From: Paramoeba atlantica
Taxonomy: Eukaryota > Protista > Discosea
DNA length: 64,000 nt
Direction: 5' to 3'
NCBI GenBank assembly: GCA_977017575.1
Contig: CDRNVI010000089.1
Span: 1 to 64,000, forward strand
Positions 60,174-64,000 of this stretch are shown here, one piece after another (within the stretch, counting starts at the first letter, position 1; every line of letters begins with the position of its first letter). The notes under the pieces are model-generated. The model saw only the letters and a program-made list of their open reading frames with translations, was not told where the DNA came from and made no database searches. The position numbers and the translations under genes were made by a program.

Positions 60174-61733
60174 TCATTTAGAGTTACTTTCTCGAAGAAC
60201 TCGTAGCATATCGAGAGCTTGGTGAGGATGCAAATCTGGAAATTCAGCCTGAAGACGCATTTGTTGTTGTAAGGTTTCACCGATCTGCTTTGCAGGAAGA
60301 GATAAAGCCTTTGATAGCTCATCGCCTCGAAGTAAAGGTTTCCACTGAGAAGACTGCGTAATTTTGTGTGGATCGTTTTGCCACACAGAAGAAAATATTT
60401 CATGCAATTGAAGTATTGGTGCTTTTGACGCTTGATCAAGGGGTGAAGGAATCAACTGCAATAGTGCAATGCACAAAGGAGGGGCAAAATTTAAGCTTTT
60501 TAAACTACTGAAAAGTTCATATAAAGTAACACGAGGAGATTTAGACTCCTTGCAAAGTAAATTTTGAGGCTGGAAATAGGATTCAATGCAGGCTTTAGTA
60601 AAATTACCGGAATATTTTGTGCATAGAGGATTCAGCAAGTCAGTAAGACTAGAAGAAGCGGCAAGAAATGCGTCGACTTGTTGTAATATGCGACGAGGTT
60701 GTTTTAATGCATGAAGAATACAAGAGGGAAGCATCATCTTGTTGTTTTTCGTATTTTCAGTTAGAGGAGCAAAAAGGGCAAGAAGCACAGCACAGAAGCG
60801 ATTTTCTCCAGCAGATGTTAGACATTTAAGCAATTCGCAGGCGTGGAGAGACCAATGCCATTGAGTGGGTTTCCAAATTATCGACTCATACGACGAGCAA
60901 GGCTTTGAATAAGAAGGGTTTAACGCACAGTGCATGAAAACACTTCCCAGAGTTTGTGTACGAAAAAGAAAACTGAGGACTTGAGGAGGATCGGGACCAC
61001 CTAGTGATTTCTTCATCTCAATGCCAATACGCTCGCGGCTCACCTTTTCGCGCAGCGCTTGATGTACTTCTGGAAGGCTTGCGGCTTCCATAACTGAATT
61101 ATCAATCTCGAGATCAAATTGACGAGCAAAGCGGATTGCACGGAGAAGTCGTAGTGGGTCGTCGTGAAATGTGTGACGCGGGGAAAGAGGACACCGTAAC
61201 TTTCGCTTTTCCAAATCTAAAAGACCCCCTACATAATCTTCCACCTGCTTTGTGTGAAGATTATAATACAAAGCGTTTACAGTAAAATCTCTCCTTTCCG
61301 CATCTTGTAATATACTGCCTCGTTGAATAGAGGGGATTCGACTGCCATTTCCATACGACTCGTTTCGAAGATGCAGCAAATCAATGGGCTGGCCGAAAAT
61401 ATGAGTTGTCGCGGTTTCTAGATGTTTCGACTGTGTGGGATTCGCGTGAATGACTCCGATTGTGAGAGTTTCCATATCGTGCTCACTTTGATAACGTTGA
61501 ATGTAGGTCGCAAATGCATGACCAGTCATCGGCTTGCTGGGATGCTCCGGATCTGTGCCGTCAAGAGCGATGTCGATGTCTTGTCCAGGTAAGTTCAGTA
61601 GCATATTTCGTACCCAACCCCCAGCTACGCGTAATGTGACAGGGAGACGCCAAGAGTGGACCACGTCGAGAAGCAAATCCAGCACCCGTTGGTCCTCACG
61701 CGAAATAGTGCATTTAAGGGATGCCGTGCGCAT
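60174..61733 (-). CDS. CCA1: Class II tRNA nucleotidyltransferase (CCA-adding enzyme)
   Basis: LRVAGGWVR, DIDIAL, DAERRDFTVNALYYN, DDPLRLLRAIRFA and VSRERIGIE. Confidence 0.9.
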   Translation of the reverse strand: MRTASLKCTISREDQRVLDLLLDVVHSWRLPVTLRVAGGWVRNMLLNLPGQDIDIALDGTDPEHPSKPMTGHAFATYIQRYQSEHDMETLTIGVIHANPTQSKHLETATTHIFGQPIDLLHLRNESYGNGSRIPSIQRGSILQDAERRDFTVNALYYNLHTKQVEDYVGGLLDLEKRKLRCPLSPRHTFHDDPLRLLRAIRFARQFDLEIDNSVMEAASLPEVHQALREKVSRERIGIEMKKSLGGPDPPQVLSFLFRTQTLGSVFMHCALNPSYSKPCSSYESIIWKPTQWHWSLHACELLKCLTSAGENRFCAVLLALFAPLTENTKNNKMMLPSCILHALKQPRRILQQVDAFLAASSSLTDLLNPLCTKYSGNFTKACIESYFQPQNLLCKESKSPRVTLYELFSSLKSLNFAPPLCIALLQLIPSPLDQASKAPILQLHEIFSSVWQNDPHKITQSSQWKPLLRGDELSKALSLPAKQIGETLQQQMRLQAEFPDLHPHQALDMLRVLRESNSK

Positions 61734-62128
61734 TGAAACAAATTGTACAGAAAAAAAGTCGAGATGTGTATTAACGTGAGTACAAGAACAACAGAGATGA
61801 AAATTATTTACATGTATAAACGAAACAAAAATTCGTACGGTGACGGCAGAGTTTCGCAGTGTCGAGTATCAAAAAATATATTGGAATCAGCACAGAATGT
61901 CCGCGTATTAGAATCCGCACAAAGGTCTGAGTAACTTTCAGATGGAAAATACTAAAACAATAATAGGGCTAAGAGGAATGTGACCAAGACTAAATTGAGT
62001 CATAAAAATCAGTTGGAATACTTTATTATTCAAGACAAAAATATGAATTCACCTCAATAAAAAAATCCATCTCCGGTTCTCTGTCTTCTAACTTTCAACT
62101 TCTAGCTTCACCAAGATTTACTTTTTGC

Positions 62129-63325
62129 TTACTTTTGGCGTAGACCGTGCTTCTTCAGCGTACCCACAAACTGGTTCTTCTCCTTAATCGTCTGGAAGCG
62201 TCCATGACCTCGCTTCGAGGACGTGTCAATAAACTTCATGGTCACCTTCTCTTGTAACGCACGAGAGGTCTGTGGCGCAATCGGACGACGCAAAGTAACC
62301 GAACGTCGCACAGGACCCGCAATAGAACCCTTTAGCATCAGAAACTCATTTCGCACGGTGCCGTACTTCGGAAACCCTCCCATCGGAGTGATGGACTTCT
62401 CCGTGATGTCGTACTCGGTTTTCGCAGTGTGAGGATTTTCCGCGAGAGATTGGCCCATGAGATAAATCTTCTTGTTGAGCTCCGTACGATGGTGGAAACC
62501 ATGCTGTCCGGCTCGCGCGACGGTAAACGACACGCGCTCGGGATGCCAACTTCCGATACACGCAACTTTACGAAGACCACGGTGGGTTTTGCGCGGAAGA
62601 CGGGTCACTCCCCATCGCTGGATCACACCCTCAAACCCGTGCCCACGCGTCACACTGCAGATATCCGTACACTCGGATTGCTGAAACACAGACCCTACAT
62701 GGACCTCTCGCTCCAACAACCCCTTAGCATAGGCCACCTTGTCCGCAATCTCACCCCCATTGACCTGGATCTCCGTAATAAACGCCTTACGCTGTCCCAC
62801 ATGCGGGTTCCCGAGCTTCCGCATCTGCGTATGCGCAATCACCCGAAGCACCGTGGCACTTTCCAAAATCTTCCCCTCCTTCTTCTCCGCCGCGCCTTTC
62901 CCCTCCTGCGTCGCCAGCTTCAAACTGTACTTACTGAACGCCCGCTTCTTGCTGCTGCGCCAGTTGCGGTAGAACCGCCGGCGGCACTCATCACTGAGGT
63001 GCTGGGCCCAGATCGACCCGACACAGCGCAGCCCGTTCGGCGTCTCGCGGTACCCCACGAACCCCACCACCATCATCGGGGGGGTCTCCACAATGGTCAC
63101 CGCCTCGACCACCTCCTTCTTGTTCATCTTACTCCCGGGGCGGTCCATGTCGCGCACGATGTGCGTCATGCCCGCCTTGAACCCCATGAACGCGGTGAGG
63201 TGGGGGGCCGCCGCCGCGTTGTCCCGCGGGAAGGAGCGGATGCGGCCGCGGATGTGGCGGCAGCGCTTCTTAGGGAGGAAGCCGAGGTGGCCGTGCCGGG
63301 GGTGCTCGAATTTGCGGTGGGACAT
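62129..63325 (-). CDS. RPL3: 60S ribosomal protein L3, kinetoplastid-like
   Basis: MSHRKFEHPRHGHLGFLP and LPRKTHRGLRKVACIG. Kinetoplastid-style features include RKLGNPHVGQRKA, SVFQQSECTDICSVT and TLRRPIAPQTSR. Confidence 0.97.
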   Translation of the reverse strand: MSHRKFEHPRHGHLGFLPKKRCRHIRGRIRSFPRDNAAAAPHLTAFMGFKAGMTHIVRDMDRPGSKMNKKEVVEAVTIVETPPMMVVGFVGYRETPNGLRCVGSIWAQHLSDECRRRFYRNWRSSKKRAFSKYSLKLATQEGKGAAEKKEGKILESATVLRVIAHTQMRKLGNPHVGQRKAFITEIQVNGGEIADKVAYAKGLLEREVHVGSVFQQSECTDICSVTRGHGFEGVIQRWGVTRLPRKTHRGLRKVACIGSWHPERVSFTVARAGQHGFHHRTELNKKIYLMGQSLAENPHTAKTEYDITEKSITPMGGFPKYGTVRNEFLMLKGSIAGPVRRSVTLRRPIAPQTSRALQEKVTMKFIDTSSKRGHGRFQTIKEKNQFVGTLKKHGLRQK

Positions 63326-63326
63326 G

Positions 63327-63410
63327 GAGGGAGGAAAGGAGAGAGAGAGAGAGGGGAAAAGAGAAAGAGAGAGAGAGGAAAAGAGAAAGAGAGAGTTAGG
63401 GAAAGAGTGT
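63327..63410 (-). promoter_or_regulatory. Long polypyrimidine tract immediately upstream of RPL3
   Basis: ~80 nt of almost pure C/T on the minus strand abutting the ATG; consistent with a trans-splicing or 5' UTR element. Confidence 0.5.
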
Positions 63411-63577
63411 TAGGGTTGGGTTTAAAATAGGGTGATAAAAAAGATATAAAAAGAGCGTGAATCAGAACGAAAGGATTAACTTTTGCAAAAGTAGTTATAA
63501 ATTTTTGAAAGAAAATGTCAGGAGTCATTTATTGAAAATAATGAGAGGGGGACTGCACAAGTTTTGCGTTAAGAGGA

Positions 63578-64000
63578 TTAACCATTGTCGTCGTCATTGC
63601 GTTCATTGTTTACGGTTGTGGGTAAAAGAGATAGATTTTCAGCAGGAATGCTACTCAAAGCATCAGTCAAATATTCTGCCGATGGGATGCGATCTTTCAT
63701 AGAAGGAATAACGCCTACACAGCCAACAGGAGATGGTAACGCTTTCATAAGAGAAAGAATAGCTTGGGGAAGTTCTTTGACATGCAAATCGGTTTCCTTT
63801 AACACAGACTTCCGAGGTTTCAGAGGTACAAAATATTGATATACGCAAAGAAATTTGGGGAATGATGATTTGTACGGAGAAGTGTCCGTCTTTCGAATTA
63901 TGAATGACCGATTAATTGGGGGCATGCGATACTCCTCCTGTAGGATAGGAGTATAAGAGGCAAGCAAGTGCCTCCGAAGTGATGTAATAAGAAAATTCCC
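63578..64000 (-). CDS. 3' part of a hypothetical gene running off the right edge
   Basis: Frame is open to the window end (GNFLITSLRRHLLASY...); same strand as the cluster. Confidence 0.55.
   Translation of the reverse strand, partial: GNFLITSLRRHLLASYTPILQEEYRMPPINRSFIIRKTDTSPYKSSFPKFLCVYQYFVPLKPRKSVLKETDLHVKELPQAILSLMKALPSPVGCVGVIPSMKDRIPSAEYLTDALSSIPAENLSLLPTTVNNERNDDDNG

Noticed and set aside
63408-63425. Telomere-like TTAGGG
   Set aside because: A single imperfect occurrence, not an array.

Overview
The window is a composite of two very different sources. (1) Bases 1 to ~12,110 are a gammaproteobacterial housekeeping block on the minus strand: rplJ-rplL-rpoB-rpoC-rpsL-rpsG-fusA (fusA partial). 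It looks Legionellales/Coxiellaceae-like from the insertion in S7. Its only lesions are three single-base homopolymer indels, most likely long-read errors. (2) From ~12,120 to the end the DNA is eukaryotic. All host genes are intronless and on the minus strand: MCCC2, a coiled-coil membrane protein, LSm4, PDI, a polyamine/amino-acid permease, UBA2, Rae1, SDHAF4, SPT16, CCA-adding enzyme and RPL3. RPL3 carries kinetoplastid-type signatures, so this is probably a kinetoplastid polycistronic cluster (a Perkinsela/prokinetoplastid-like organism is only a guess). The 12-42 kb part is almost all nested mobile DNA: about ten TA-flanked TIR elements/MITEs, a decayed Tc1 (DD35E), a TATE/DIRS-type RT-RNase H element that can be rebuilt by removing later insertions, and a non-coding family with a 109-bp near-palindrome at one end and a mini-hairpin at the other. 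A pogo-type (DD35D) transposase, split by two insertions, sits at 45.9-49.4 kb. Whether the bacterial/eukaryotic junction is biological or an assembly chimera cannot be decided from the sequence; a chimera or concatenation is more likely. All calls are by eye, with no database searches, and identity and GC values are rough estimates.
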